A stretch of 64,000 bases of DNA from Epiperipatus broadwayi (lineage: Eukaryota; Animalia; Onychophora): contig JAQFVV010000002.1 of assembly GCA_028023455.1 (NCBI GenBank), positions 2,418,001 to 2,482,000 on the forward strand, given 5' to 3'. Below are positions 12,690 through 26,635 of the stretch, in pieces (positions within the stretch are counted from its first letter, which is position 1; every line of letters begins with the position of its first letter). A program made the translations under genes and the position numbers. The notes beneath the pieces are model-generated. The model saw only the letters and a list, made by a program, of their open reading frames with translations. It was not told the origin of the DNA and did not search any database.

Positions 12690-15600
12690 TATGGCTCATT
12701 TTGCCTCATTCCTTGTCCATTATGTCAATCTGTTATTTATGAAAGGCAAATATCTTTGAAATGTTCTGGGTCCTGTGGTTTGAAATATCACTTAGACTGT
12801 TTTAATTCGGTTAATAATAAGGATTGGAGTGGGTCTGTTTTTGTATGTAATTATTGTAAGGTTTCTCATAATAATGATGCTGCCTTTTCTTTTCAATCAT
12901 CTTTTTCAGATTCATCAATTTCTGATTCAGATTATCTCCCTCTGTGACTACTATAGCTTATCAGCTTATTCCTGATAAAAATAAAATTCCATACATTACC
13001 TTTTGTCATAGTTGTTCTTTGATTATTTTGGATGCAACCCGGAGGATTAAGTGTTTTGGTCAATGTCAATAATATTTTCATTTGTCTTATACTAAGCTAT
13101 CTAAATCTGATGCTATTATTTTTCAAACAGTTGGTAATGGCTTTTTTAAATGTCTGGCTTGTAATGATATAACTTCCAATATAAAATTCTCAGATGTTGA
13201 TAATGAACTTCTTAATGAATTGGTAATGGATAATGACTCAATGAAGTCATTGGCTAATAAGATCATGGGTTTAGATTCAAAAGACAATGAGTGTAACTTG
13301 GTCAAACCTATGGTCTCTGATAGTCACATTTCAAGTACTGATTATGATATATTAACTAAAGAAAACTTAGATTTGATAATAATGTCTTTTTGTAATAATA
13401 CTTCAGTTCAGGTTATTAAAGAATTCTAATGATTCTAATGAATTAGATTATATTTCTAAATGTAATACTAGATTATCAGATGTTGTGAAGACAGGTGCTA
13501 CAAATAATGATTTTAATAATTCTGATATTTCTATACCAGTACAAAAGAGTAAAGCTGATAGTGCTGTAAATAGTTCTATTTTTGCTATTGCGCAGGATGA
13601 ATTGATTTATGAGGCTAACAGTAATCTTCCATATGCAGCTAATTCTACTATTACATCCACAGGAATGTTTGAATCTTTTTCTGTTGATTTCAACTACATG
13701 GATAAATGCCTTAATGATATCATTTCATATCCTGAACATTTCACTTTAGAGGTTTTACAATCTTATTTTATATCACAAATTCATTCTCTGATTGTAATAA
13801 ACCATTGAATTGTTATTTTATTTTAGCAAAGGTATTCAATGCTTTCTTCCTTCTGTCAAATCAACTTGTTTTTCCAAAGTGGGTTCAAATAAACCAGGAT
13901 ATTTTACAATAAAAACTTTCATAATACATATCATGAAAAGCTGGTGATAATATTAGTTTATATGGTAACAAGAGTTATAATAATATAAAAAGTGTTGTAA
14001 ACAAATATACTAGTTCAGAGTCTCAATCATTTGTTAAGAAAAATAAAACTTGTGAGACTGGAGTAAAAGACCTAACACCTCATATAAATCATAGCGATGT
14101 TTTACTTTGCAAAAACACATTAAAACAAAAAAATTATTTTATGGATAAAACAATTTTATCACAAGGGAAATTCCAGTGGATCTTATAAATGCTGGCCTTC
14201 TAATTCTGTTTCATCAATATATTCTTCTAACAGCTCTTCTCCTTTTCTGCAGTTTTCTAATAGAAAATTATTAATTAAGCAGCTTAGCGAAGAGGATAGT
14301 TTACCCTATAATTTTAGACTAAATTCAAATAAATTTTATAATAAAAAATTTAGTAATTATTCTTCTAAATTTAGACAAAATATTTCTAAAGATAATGATG
14401 AACTTAAGTTTAAAGGTCCAATTTCTTATAGAGGTCCTAATAATAGTAACTATTCATTATTAATTAAGAATAATGATAAATATTATAAATACTTGATTTC
14501 AAATATGGCAGTAGATAGTAAATCTGCAGACATAAAGAGATTTTTGGAAGACAAACTTCAGGTTAAAGTCATATGTATTAAGATTAATATTTTTAATTCT
14601 AATACAAGTAGTTTTTTTGTTTCAATTCCCAAACATAAGCATTAGGAATTTATTTTGAATCATTTATGCGCTTGCGTTACTGCATTAAAATTTTTTTATG
14701 GCTCATTGGCTAGTTCATTACTACTTTCTGATTAATTACTTTTGCCAACATCATCCTTTATTAACATTTTCCCCCTCTTGATTATTATTTGTTATTTTAT
14801 ATTTTTTGATATTATGTTTGGACTTCATTGTTTTTACATAAACGTTTGTGGGATGAAAACTAAGACTGCAAAAATTAAGCAATTCTTCAGTTCTGAAAAT
14901 TTTGGTATTATTTTTATTTCACAAACTTGGCTCACTCAACATATCTCAGATGATATTTTTATAGACAATAGATATAAAGTACTTTGAACAGACAGGTCCT
15001 CTGATGTTGCTTCCAAAGGTGGAGGCATGCTCATTGCCTTTAAATGTAATTTTATACATTAGTAAATTCCTATTTCATCATCATGTTTGGAAAATAGTGT
15101 CAAATTTCTTTTGAGTATTATATACGTAAAGCCCACATTATCCTTTTTAGAGTTTAATGAGTTTCTTTGTATTCTTGAAGACTTTTTAATCAAATACAAA
15201 TCATATATAGTTATTTTCGGGGATTTTAATATTCCTGATTTATATTCAGGTAATACTATTATAGATTCAGTCCCATTTTTACCTAAAGCATTGAGAATGA
15301 TTCAGTTTTGCAACTTATTAAATCTAAAACAATTTAATCCATACACCAATTTCAATGATCACATGTTGGATTATATTCTTAGTAATTTTCCTACAATTGA
15401 ATGGTTAACTACTTCTTTTTTTCCATTTTTCATTGATTTGAATCATCCTCTCTTAGAATTTTATATTAATATTAAATTTAATAGATTTTGTCCCTTTAAA
15501 ACTATGAAAAGAAACTACAAAAAGGGAAAAAATTTGATCTTTGCTACAATTATCTAACTTTAACTGGAAAAATTTGTATTTTTCATCAGATGTCGATTTC

Positions 15601-17285
15601 TGTATGAAGATTTTTGAACAATCATTTAGTGAACTAATTGTCAAATACATTCCTAAGAAAATTTTTTTAACTAACCATTTTCCTCTCTGGTTTTCAGTCT
15701 CTCTTAAAGAAATTATTAAAAGGAAATCATTTCACCATCGTAAATATTGGAAAACTAAGAACTTAAATTATTATAACAATTTTATTAATTATAGAAGATT
15801 GTCAAAGGTTATATATCATAGAGATTTTCAAAAATTTATACAAAATACTGAGTCATATTTCTGATAATCCTTTGCAATTTTGGTCTCTAGTTAAGGATTT
15901 AGGTATTACAAAAACAAATTACAGAGTAATAATTCTAATCTAGTCGCAGATGATTTTTCTCATTATTTCTCAGAGCTTTTTAAACAATCTAATTCTTTTA
16001 CTAATTTAACTGAAAATAATGAACTAATTGAAGAAAGGATAACATTTGATTCATTTATTGAATCTGATATTATTTTTGCTATTAAGCAGCTTAAATTACA
16101 TTCTAGTGTGGGCCTTGACAATATTCCAGCTTTCATTTATAAAGGATGTGCTGAATACATTGCTTCTACTCTTTTGCATATTTTTAATTGCTCTTTTCTT
16201 AAAAATAGAATGTCTTGTGTGATGTCTAACAATAAATTGTCATTACTATATTATTGCTTCACTGGGGTGACTCAGTGCAGCGTTCTTGCACCATTAGTAT
16301 TTAATGTATACATTTATGACCTAAAAAATTACATTAAATTTTCATGTCTTCTATGTTATGCAGATAATTGCAAAATTTTTAGGCATATTTATTCTATTTA
16401 TGACTGATTTTACTTCAAAGTGTTACAGATAATTTCTTGAATTGGTGTGAATATAATTATATAAATATAAATATGGATAAGTGCTCCATTGTCTCTTACT
16501 CTAGAAAATCTGAATTCTTAAGATTTTCCTACTATATTGGTGATCTAAAATTATAACAAATGATCATCAAAGAGATGTAAGAATAATATTTTTTATAATG
16601 ACATTAATTTTATGGTGAATAAATCTTTTAAAATTGTAGGAGCTATTTACAGATATGGAAAAGCATTTAATAAATTTACAAAAATTAAACTTTTTATATC
16701 CTTAATACTTCCCATCTTGGAGTATGGTTCAATTATATGGAATCCTCATAACAAGACAGATATCATAAAAATGTAGTATATTTTTGACACATTTTTAAAA
16801 TTAAATACAGTAGTTTAAATAATGAACACTATATTGATTTATTGCTGAACGAAAAACAAGAAATCTTAAATTTCTTTATAAATGTATTTCCCAGAATATT
16901 TCGGTATCTAATTTTCTTACTAGATTAAGTATCAAGAAACAGAATTATAACATTCATACTCATAATATTTTTGAACTTAAAATTTGTAAATCTGATATAT
17001 TAACATTTTCCCCTTTATTTTGTTTACTTAGAACTTATAACAAAGATTTTGCTAACAAAGATATTTTTAATTTAGATTTTAAACATTTCACTAAAATCAT
17101 CTTAAAAAAATATTATCCTTAATTTCATTTGATATATTACTTTTTTACTTATTTGTTCATTTTATTGTTTTTCTATTTTATTGTTTTTTTTTTGTTAATG
17201 CTTATTTAGATTTGTATATAATAATTACCTTACTGTGCAATCTATAATTGGCTAAATGCTGTTGATATGTACATTAAATAAAGAA
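12690..17285 (+). mobile_element. Near-full-length decayed CR1/Jockey-group LINE: ORF1 with two PHD fingers; ORF2 with APE endonuclease and internally deleted RT
   Basis: CPLC...KCSGSCGLKYHLDC...VCNYC and CHSC...KCFGQCQ*YFHLS...KCLAC (PHD). YINVCG...SQTWL...KGGG...GDFN...LDYI (APE). GLDNIPA...LLHIFN joined directly to FLKNR...TGVTQCSVLAPLVFNVYIYDL...YADNCKIF (RT). Ends with aataaa at ~17277. Confidence 0.85.
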
Positions 17286-17294
17286 AGAATTGAA

Positions 17295-20200
17295 TTATTA
17301 TTATATCATCATAATCATCATCATCATCATTATTAGTTTTCAAAGCACTTTATAAATCTTTCAAACATTGCATTACATTGAATCACGAGATGTACATTAA
17401 TATTTTACATATAACAGATTACTTAGTTACATTAATAAAAATAGAAACATTATTGAGTTATAAATGATAATAGATTAGTTACATTGATTAACAATGTTAA
17501 TTGTTATATGTTTAACATAAGTAAAATGTAACAATAATATGTACAAATCTATTACAATGGAGAAACAAAAAAAACAAAAAACAATATAATTATATCCAAA
17601 CATTCTCATTTTTTCTGCTCTTTTATCATTCAGAGCTAAGTGTATCAAGCTGAGACCTCACATACAGTCATAAAAGAAACCAAGTGGCATGAAATGTACT
17701 AACAGGGGTTATCTTCCTATCTCTTGCTTTGATTGTTTCTAGTTTATTCCAGAAGTTATTAGGGTGCCTTCTAGAGTTAATTATACATAAAGATGCTCCT
17801 AGTGCACCACCATGCATATAGAATGAAGGTGCATGCTCTAATATTTACATAAATGCCTAATGTGAAGACATTTGAAAAGAGATTCTACATTAAGGTTGGC
17901 TTTATTGAAAAACCCAGGAATGGCAGATCTTATATTATTGAAACATAGACATTCAAAAAAAATGGGAGCCTGTGTTTCTACATTTTTATGACATAGATTA
18001 CATTGATCATCTACATTCATACATTGCTTTTTATGTCTATAGAAATGCAAGGTAGGCAGGGACTCAAGGTTTATTTTCAAAGAAAATCACAGTATTTTAG
18101 CTCTAGCATCCAAAATTTAAATTTCCGAAGTAAAAGCTTGTTATTAAGTTTGAGGATTGATGAATTTACCAGATAGTCAGAAGGATTATGCAACATTGAG
18201 TAGACCTGCCAATATTTAAATTTAATCATAGGTGGGGAAAAAGAAAAATTAGGAATGGATGTAGTTATAGATATGAGATGCTTCCAGTATCCATTACCTG
18301 GAAGGGGTTTATCTGTTGGTGTAATTTTCATTGTTATTTTCAGCTGTGGAAATATCTCTGAGCATGAGGATATTAGGTTAAGAGCCTTTTTGACCATAAA
18401 TACATTAAGATTGTGTAAACCCAATCCATTGGCTGCTAGTGAACATTGAAGGCATCTCAGTGAAATGTTTACTATCCATCTACCCCAGATAAGTTTTCTA
18501 CATTGGGAATATACATATGTTATGAAAGCTTTGGTAAATATTATGGTAGGTGAATAATATGTAATTCTAGTTATAATTAACATATTAATCAATGATGACT
18601 TTGAAGTAGAGAAATAAGTATGACTTAGATAAGGAATATATGACTTTTTCAATTTTACTTTTAAATTTGTATTGTAGTGCGCATTTCTAAATTACTTAAA
18701 TAAAATGGAAAACCAAGAAATGGATTAGGTTTTCCTTTAAAGTGCATAGTCAAAGTTTTATCTGTATAAATTGACCATGCAGATGATGTGTCCATATTGA
18801 AATCTAATCTGTACTATCCACTATATTCATTTCATATTTTTAGTAATATGGGATATTGTTTTTAGATGTCAGAAACACTGTAACATCATCCATGTATGCA
18901 ATTCACGAGTTGTTTTCATTTAAGCCAGATATATATTTCCCAGATAATTCTTGCTAATTTTTTTTTAACAGGGGATTAATGTCGGTGGTAAATAGCAGTG
19001 CACTTAATGGTGATTCTTGTGGAATTGATCTATGGGGGATAAATGGTTGAGAATAGTTTCCATTTAATGTGACATGGATCTGTTTATTTAATAATAAATT
19101 TGTGAGTAAATAAAGCAGTGCTTTAGGTATGTCTGCATCTATTAAATCCTCAATTAGCAAGTCAACTGGTACCATATCAAAAGCAGACTTAATATCCAGT
19201 TGAACCACCAGAGGATTATATTTATTATTATTCCTTACAGAATCTATGACAGTCTTGAACAAAAAGCTGCTTGTCCTATAGAAGACCCTTTTTTTCCAAA
19301 TTGAGTTTTTCTAATTTGGGTAGGAGATATGGCTCTAATTTATTTTTAGTATTGCTTCTAAAAATTTTATTCCAAGAGAACTCATGGATATAGTATTCAG
19401 ATTTTCTAATTCATATACTGCTTCTTGTTTTTTAATAAAAGGTACTAATGATATGGGATATAGATCATTTACCTGATACACACCTTTAGATAAATAGTTT
19501 GCTAGATCAGATAAGTATTTTGCAGTGTGCTAACTTAGCTGGTTGAAGACAAACCTAGGAATTCCATGAATTCCAGGTGTTTTGAGTCTGAGGTTATAGC
19601 CAGTTTTTGAATGACTTCATTTGGTTTGAATTCTATTTCTTTTGCTGGTTCTCCAAGGAATTGTACCTTGGGATTGAACTGGCTGCAACTTTGGAGCTTA
19701 TTTTTAAAGTATTCATACAATGGAACTAACATTATTTCCTGACACTACAGTTTTGTTAATTTTTATTGCTATAGGCACTCTTATTACTGGTGATTGGCCT
19801 AATGCCCACCATATATAATTTCTTGACCATATATGTGGCTTTCCAAGGTATAGTTTACTTTTTTTAATTGATAAATATCCCTTCAGTTTGGCACATGTAT
19901 CCTTATATGCTTCTCTAAGTGCTTTAAGATAATTCTGTTCAACTTCAGAATTGTTCACATTAATAATTCGCTTATGGAGGTCATCAGCCAAGGCAAGTAA
20001 TCTTGAAGGAGGAGGTTTATTGTGTGTAATATGATCTATTGTATATGAGACAACATTTATGAATGCTAACCAGACTTGTACAGAATCTAATTTATGTTTT
20101 TTAATTTTGAATATAGCTATATATATTTCAGAATATAATAATTCAGTAGTGCAGTTAGGCAAAAGTAATCTTATCGTCTTTCTTGTTTGAATCATAGCCT

Positions 20201-20870
20201 TATGTGTCATATCTATATCTAATGTAACAATAGATGCTAGATGATCTGAGATAGTTTTTTAATTTAATACTAATATTATAGTGCAGCATTGGAGAATAAA
20301 ATACTAGGTCTATTAGAGACCTATGTCTACCATTATTGAATGATATTGAATTATTTGGTAAATAGCCTTCTCCAATCATTAAAGGAACACTGAGACTATG
20401 GAGCCATTTGTTTACAAAACTGTTATATGACATTGAAATCTCCCAATAGCAGAACAGTGTATAGAATAGCTGCAAGAATTGTATTGATTTTTATTATTAA
20501 TCTGTTAATAATAATAGGACCTGGAGGAATGTACACAAAAATCACATTTAAGATGATTGCATTATGACAAAACGTAATTACCATCATATGATGGTCTATA
20601 TACAATATTTTGAAAGATTTAAATGGGCATGTGTGTGTAATTAAGATACCAATCCCTGCTGATGGCACCGAAAAGGTTTTTGAAAAAATAGAGAAACCTT
20701 TATTAATAAAATAATCGTCTGGGTTAATCTGAGAACTAGTATATATCTTCATCTCCAACAGGCTTAGAATGTGAAGTTGAACTAAATCATACCATTTAGA
20801 CAGTTGTAATAATTTTTCAACTGAATTTAGCTCCCTAATATTAAAAGCTCCAATATTTATTTTCATAATT
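17295..20870 (-). mobile_element. L1/Tx1-clade LINE ORF2 (APE, RT, CCHC) plus 3' UTR, disrupted
   Basis: MKINIGAFNIRELN...VYIP...LGDFN (APE, 20423-20866), LIDLVF, LDIKSAFDMV...IPQESPLSALLF (RT, 18954-19262), CNLCHKNVETQAPIFFEC (finger). A (GAT/AAT)n tail lies at ~17295-17335. Confidence 0.9.
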
Positions 20871-22699
20871 GATTTAAATATTTAAATTATTACTACCAAT
20901 AACTATATATATATATATATATTGAAGCAGTCAATCTTAGCTTAAGATTGAGCTTCATGTTTCCACCTACTAACCTATGTTCAAATCTTATATCCCATCC
21001 TGCTCCTTTTGTTGTGTATATATCTGAGATACGCACCTAAAAATTTATAAATTTTAACTTTCAATAACATTTTTAAAAATTATTATTAATTCTTTTTTAT
21101 TAATTATTAGTTCTTTTTTAATAAAGTACTTACTAACAATATTGACTTTTAAATATTTTATTATATGTCATTCTTTAAACTTTTTCTTTCAAAGTACTTT
21201 TTTCCTATTAAACTATACTTTTCTTTTTAAATCCAAAATGGAAGATGCAATTGTAAATTGTCTAAAAATAATTAAAGGGTTGGAAACACTATTGTCTTAA
21301 TCTGGGGAAGGTATTTTTAATTAATTTTTTTACTTAAAATGGGATTAAGATTAAAGATTTTCTTTGTTATAAACATTTTTGTCAAATCTATTTCTAATCT
21401 GGAAATAGATTTGAATTTATTTTTGGACGTTATCTAACAGTTGCATCTTTCAAAAACAGTGAACAAAGGAAACTTAAGATTTTAGATCAGAGATTAGATT
21501 TTAAGCTAAAGCCATGTAATAAAAAGCATTCTTAAAATACCTGGGCAAGGATATAAAATGGCTGTATTTTGAATCACAGAGAATGAGCCACTATTGAGAG
21601 AACTGTATGGTCAACATATTACACATAGCTTAAAATGATGTAGTAGTAAATCCACCACTGTTCTCGGCCCTGTTGGAACATCATCTGCCACCACCATGTC
21701 ATTATACTCCCATGAAATGAAGTAAAAGCCTGATGGAGAACTTTGGAGTGCTAAATAGAAGCTTGCTGTCACCAAGAAGAATTCATTTGGATCCTCAATT
21801 TGCCATGCATGAGCCATATTTTAAAAATAGACATTAAATTTGTACAAGGTAACTCTTATGCTACTATTTGAAAATGAATCTAGCCTAACTAATCTCAAAT
21901 CCTGCTATCAAGATTTCTAACATATTGTTCAATTTTCTCCTTTTTAATTAATATGTAAAACGTAATTTGCTCTTAAATGATTTCTATATATTTAATTTTC
22001 TCTCAAATGCTCTCATTTTCTTTAATTTTGGTGTGGTAATTTATTTATAGTTATTTATCACATAATTTTATGTCTATTTTAGTTATTATTAATATGCCAA
22101 TTTCAAACAATCTGGCAAGTTGAATTTCTAAAATCTTTTCATTCTTTTAAGTAAACCTTCATGAATCAAGATTATTAACGTCCCTTTAAAATATAATGTG
22201 TTATTAATTAATACACTCACCAGATTGTTTTTACATCAACATTTTGTTTATGCTTTAATATAAAATATATATATATATATTTGTTTAACTCTGGATTTTC
22301 TACCCGGGGTAAATTCAGAGCTTAGGCTAATTAACGCTTTGAAATCTTTTAAATTTTTTTTTTTAATCCTGAAAGAGTGACCCATTAATTATTTTATATA
22401 ACTGCTAGTTTTTATTTTATTGTTCCATACTCTTAAAATATCAAATACTGTGCATATATATTCCAGTTATTGTAAAATCAACAAAGGTGGGATTTATTTA
22501 TTTTAAATAACAGAAAAGGGAAGGGGGTGAATCTTAATGTTTCTTTTACTAAATAAAACCTTAATGTATATTTTATTTAGGGAAATCTCTCTATATATAT
22601 TATAACGGCATTTATTTATATAAATTATGGCATTCAAACTAGGGTCATTTATTTTAAAGCAGTAAAATTTATTCAATGTCATTAGTGACATTTATCATT

Positions 22700-24100
22700 A
22701 CTGCGTTACTGACATTTGGCTATCTTCGTATATAGATATATTATGTGCTTCTAGTCTAATCTAATCTGCAGTTTACGACAAGATCGAACCCATAGATTTC
22801 TCATTATGTCCTGTCCCATGGGGACTTATTCTGCATAAATGCCTCTGGTGGTGATTCCTGAAAGTTTGGCACATGCTATACATATTCACTTCTTTGTATA
22901 AAAGGGCCTCTGGCTGTGATTCCTGTAAGTTTGACACACACCATGCCTATCCACTTTCTTCATACAAAAAGGCCTGCACATTGGCGATGGCCATGGCATG
23001 CCTATCCACTTCATCTTTCATCCAGAAACACAACTTTTCCTGTTATTTTATGGCTATTATGTCAGCACCGCAAATTTCTTCATATTATTATCTCTTTTGC
23101 TTCATGGCCCAGTTTTAATGCTCTAATATTAAAATTGTCCTCTGCTTAAATATATATATATATAAAATGCCGAGTATCACTACTACTAGTTTTATTAATT
23201 AAATTTATTTCAGTCTTATACAATCCCACCATCGTAATGTATTACTGTTTAAGAGTATTTATATGCCTTGGGGGGAAATAAGCATTCTTCTTACCAGCGA
23301 TAATTAAGAGAATTTTCTTTAAATATTTTGTCATATAATCAAATGTCATTGTCAAATATGTTTTACTTATTTTCATGACCAAAATGGCATGAAAATAGTT
23401 TGTATTATATCTATAATGAATCTCGGGATGCTCCCCGAAATAATGTTAGTCACCATGTTTCAGAACCGTAACCCAAAGCATTAATTGCAATTTTATGTAA
23501 ATTCTTTCTAATAATTGATTGGCATCTTAATATTAAACCTACCAAAGGTGTGTGTTTATGTATAGTATATATTATTTAATTAATAAAAGAGCATATGAGG
23601 AATAATCGCATGAATGACAATATATAATTATCTATCATTTGGTAGACCTCTTACTCATTCATGCACATACTAATGTATTAATTTATAAATGTATGTAAAT
23701 AATTTGTCATTATATTAAACTAATTTTTATTATCAAACTTATTTGAGTAATTCGAATTCCTCTTTTCTCCACTTCCAAATGTACAGCCATGCTGATATAT
23801 ATTTTAGTTTAGTCATAGTTAATAGATGTCTCATTGTTTTGATCAGCTTTGCTAGTCAGCCAGATTAAAATTAATTCTCATGTGCCATCACTATTATGTT
23901 ATTCATTAGGTGTTTGATCTGGGGCTTAGAGAGTGGGTTCGAATTCAGGCTCATCCTTGATCTAAATCTTGGGCTTGACTGGGTTTGAAGTACAGTTTGT
24001 GAGTTCCAGCTCATGTTAGATGGATAAACATGTTTTGACTGGTATAATATCGAACACACTTTAACTTTAAATAGTCATTATAATAAACACTACCTATTTA
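22700..24100 (-). other. Degenerate coding-like segment, possibly a second gag/ORF1 remnant, with a ~65 bp tandem repeat at ~22830-23010
   Basis: Fragments HYFGEHPEIHYRYNTNYF (RRM-like) and KLGHEAKE (knuckle-like). About 2.5 copies of ...gtggataggcatg...caaactt(a/t)caggaatcac...agaggc. Confidence 0.3.
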
Positions 24101-24239
24101 GCAAACACACGGTATTAATTAGAGTGTAAAATTACAAATGCAAAAAATATTATTTAATAAAATAAATTTGCACTATTTTTTTTGTATGCCATGATCTCCT
24201 TTAAAATATTACAATGACCCGATACATCTACCTAATCTA

Positions 24240-25595
24240 AAATGTATTCTTCAGATGATGAAAATTCAAATTCATTTTCTGTATCTTGAGATATTTAACT
24301 TTTTTATTTTTTCCATTGAAAGTCTTGGGTCATCTTCACTCTCAGAAAAATCAATATTCTTTTTTGTCCATACCTTTTTGCAAGAACGACCTGGCCCACG
24401 TCTATTGTTTGATTCACTATTTGACTGAGATGGCATTGAATAAATTGATTTTTGCATAGTATCCATTATGAGTCCAATTGTTTTGTTAATTGGTCCAGGT
24501 AAGACAATTACAATATCGTTCAACATTTTGTTATCAGCATTTTCAGAAATCTGTATCAGCTCGTAATTATTTTCTATTTCATCCATGTATAAAGTACCCA
24601 AGAAAATGTCTATCTTAGCCACATCAGAACTTACTATGTTTTTACTTTTCAACTCCAACACATCCATGTTCTCTCATGCTTAATTGATTGATCTAGGGCA
24701 TTGATGCATTAAAGTAGCTACCATATTGCATTGTGGATACAGAAACTTTGGGCAGTTGTTAATGATGTGTTCACATTCTTTACAATGAAAACATTCAATA
24801 TAAGTTACATTGCCTCTTGATCTGAAATTTGCGATGGTATTTGTGTTGCATTTATATTTTTGTTTAATTTAACTTTAAATTCAAAGCTATTTCTGTAAAT
24901 TGGCACAGGGATGTCTTTTAAAAATACTGATTGAAAGAATATTGCAGTTCCAAATGGAGCCATTAATCTCTGAAAGTCATTAATGCTATAATTAAGATAA
25001 GTGTTTTTTACACAGCCTGAAATAACGTTATCTCTTTCTCAATTGATCTTTATTAATGCATATCTACCCAGAGTACATATTGATCTATTAAATCTATTTC
25101 ATTGTTCTTCATTAAAAAATTCTAATATGATGCATTGGGTTTGGATGATCCGCGATTCTGAAAATTGTGTCCCACATGTTATGCTTCTGTATTTCACTGT
25201 ATAACAGATCTTTTGGAAATCTGAACAATGAGCAATTTAAATCCGTTATTGCTAGAACAGTAGATCGATCCATAAAAAATCTCTTGAATGAATAAAATAG
25301 TTGATTTGGTGTCATCCCCTTGAATTTAGCATGTATATAACTTAGGTTCTCTGCTATCCATGCTTCCTGCAATATAATGTTATTTTCATTTGACTCAGGG
25401 GTTAAAATATCTAGATTTACAATGTCATAAATGGTAGATTTATGAAATCTCGGTTGTATTCTTGTTTCATTTGTATTAAGCATTTGCTAGCTATGCATTG
25501 GCTTATCTTGATTAAGCTTTGTTTGCTTCATTATGCTTGCATAGATCAACTTCATATTGCTACACGTGGCATTGCATGGTGCTGACATCTCAGAT
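24240..25595 (-). pseudogene. Gag-like ORF1 remnant (L1/Tx1 type) with two CCHC zinc knuckles
   Basis: Reading frame starts MSAPCN at ~25587, passes an in-frame TAG into ORF 25112-25483, and continues by frameshifts to ...IECFHCKECEHIINNCPKFLYPQCNMVATLMHQCP. It ends in the low-complexity, basic ORF 24272-24667. Confidence 0.65.
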
Positions 25596-25841
25596 TGAGG
25601 CACAAGTAATCACCTGCAATTAAAATGGATTGCAGTGTCTATTAGACAAATCTATCTGACTATCTATTTTAGTTATTTTTATTGAAAGATATTTTTAGCT
25701 GAATTAATAATAATGACAAATAAATTATTAAATTAAAATTTCAAAGTAAATTTCTTATCAAATTACATAGAAATGAATGTAAATAAATTCATGATATATT
25801 CTATATACAAATGAATTACTAAGTTACATTAGTTTGTATTA

Positions 25842-26635
25842 AATTTAATCAGCCATTCAAGCTATTGTGCGCTTTTTACGAGTGTTAAATAATAAATGAG
25901 TACTTCCACTTCCAACACAAGATATAGTATTTAGGAAAGAATAAAATGAATCCACTTATTCAATCCAACCCAAATGCTTATATATGGGCAAATCTTAAGT
26001 ACAGTAAGTGAAAGTGCGAGGATAGACTACTCACTTTAAACCACTGTTTACGATATCTGAATGAATGACATCGACGAAATTATCTAGAATTTACTAGATG
26101 TCACTCACAAATGAAACTTTAAACATATGCAAATAAACATTTATTTTTAGCACTGTTTCTAATTGTAATAAATTTAATCAGCCATTCAAGCTATTGTGCA
26201 CTTTTTACAAGTGTTATTTATTATTTAACTCATAAAAAGCACACAATAGCTTGAATGGCTGATTAAATTTATTATAATTAGAAACAGCACTAAAAATAAA
26301 TGTTTATTTACATATGTTTAAAATTTCATTTGTGAGTGACGTCTAGTAAATTCTAGATAATTTCGTTGACGTCATTCATTCAGATATCGTAAACAGTGGT
26401 TTAAAGTGAGTAGTCTATCCTCACACTTTCACTTACAGTACTTAAGATTTGCTCATATATAAGCATTTGGGTTGGATTGAATAAGTGGATTCATTTTATT
26501 CTTTCCTAAATACTATATCTTGTGTTGGAAGTGGAAGTACTCATTTATTATTTAACATGCGTAAAAAGCACACAATAGCTTGAATGGCTGATTAAATTTA
26601 TTACAATTAGAAACAGCGCTAAAAATAAATGTTTT
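25842..26635. mobile_element. Near-perfect ~760 bp palindrome built from a 327 bp tandem unit, TSD-flanked
   Basis: 25840-26216 is the reverse complement of 26226-26600, centred near 26220. The unit start taaatttaatcagccattcaagc recurs at 25840 and 26167. There is a 36 nt extension at right and a 14 bp TSD attagtttgtatta (25828-25841 and 26636-26649). Confidence 0.9.

Noticed and set aside
23165-24100. Possible endogenous parvovirus NS1 or rolling-circle Rep (FHAIL...DYMTKYLKK)
   Set aside because: The motifs are too close together, there is no Walker A/B in one frame, and neighbouring zinc knuckles point to a retroelement gag-like origin.
26057-26110. Hammerhead-like CTGAATGA...CGAAA in the 327 bp unit
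   Set aside because: No stem I pairing can be formed, stem III is imperfect, and it lies on the strand inferred to be antisense.
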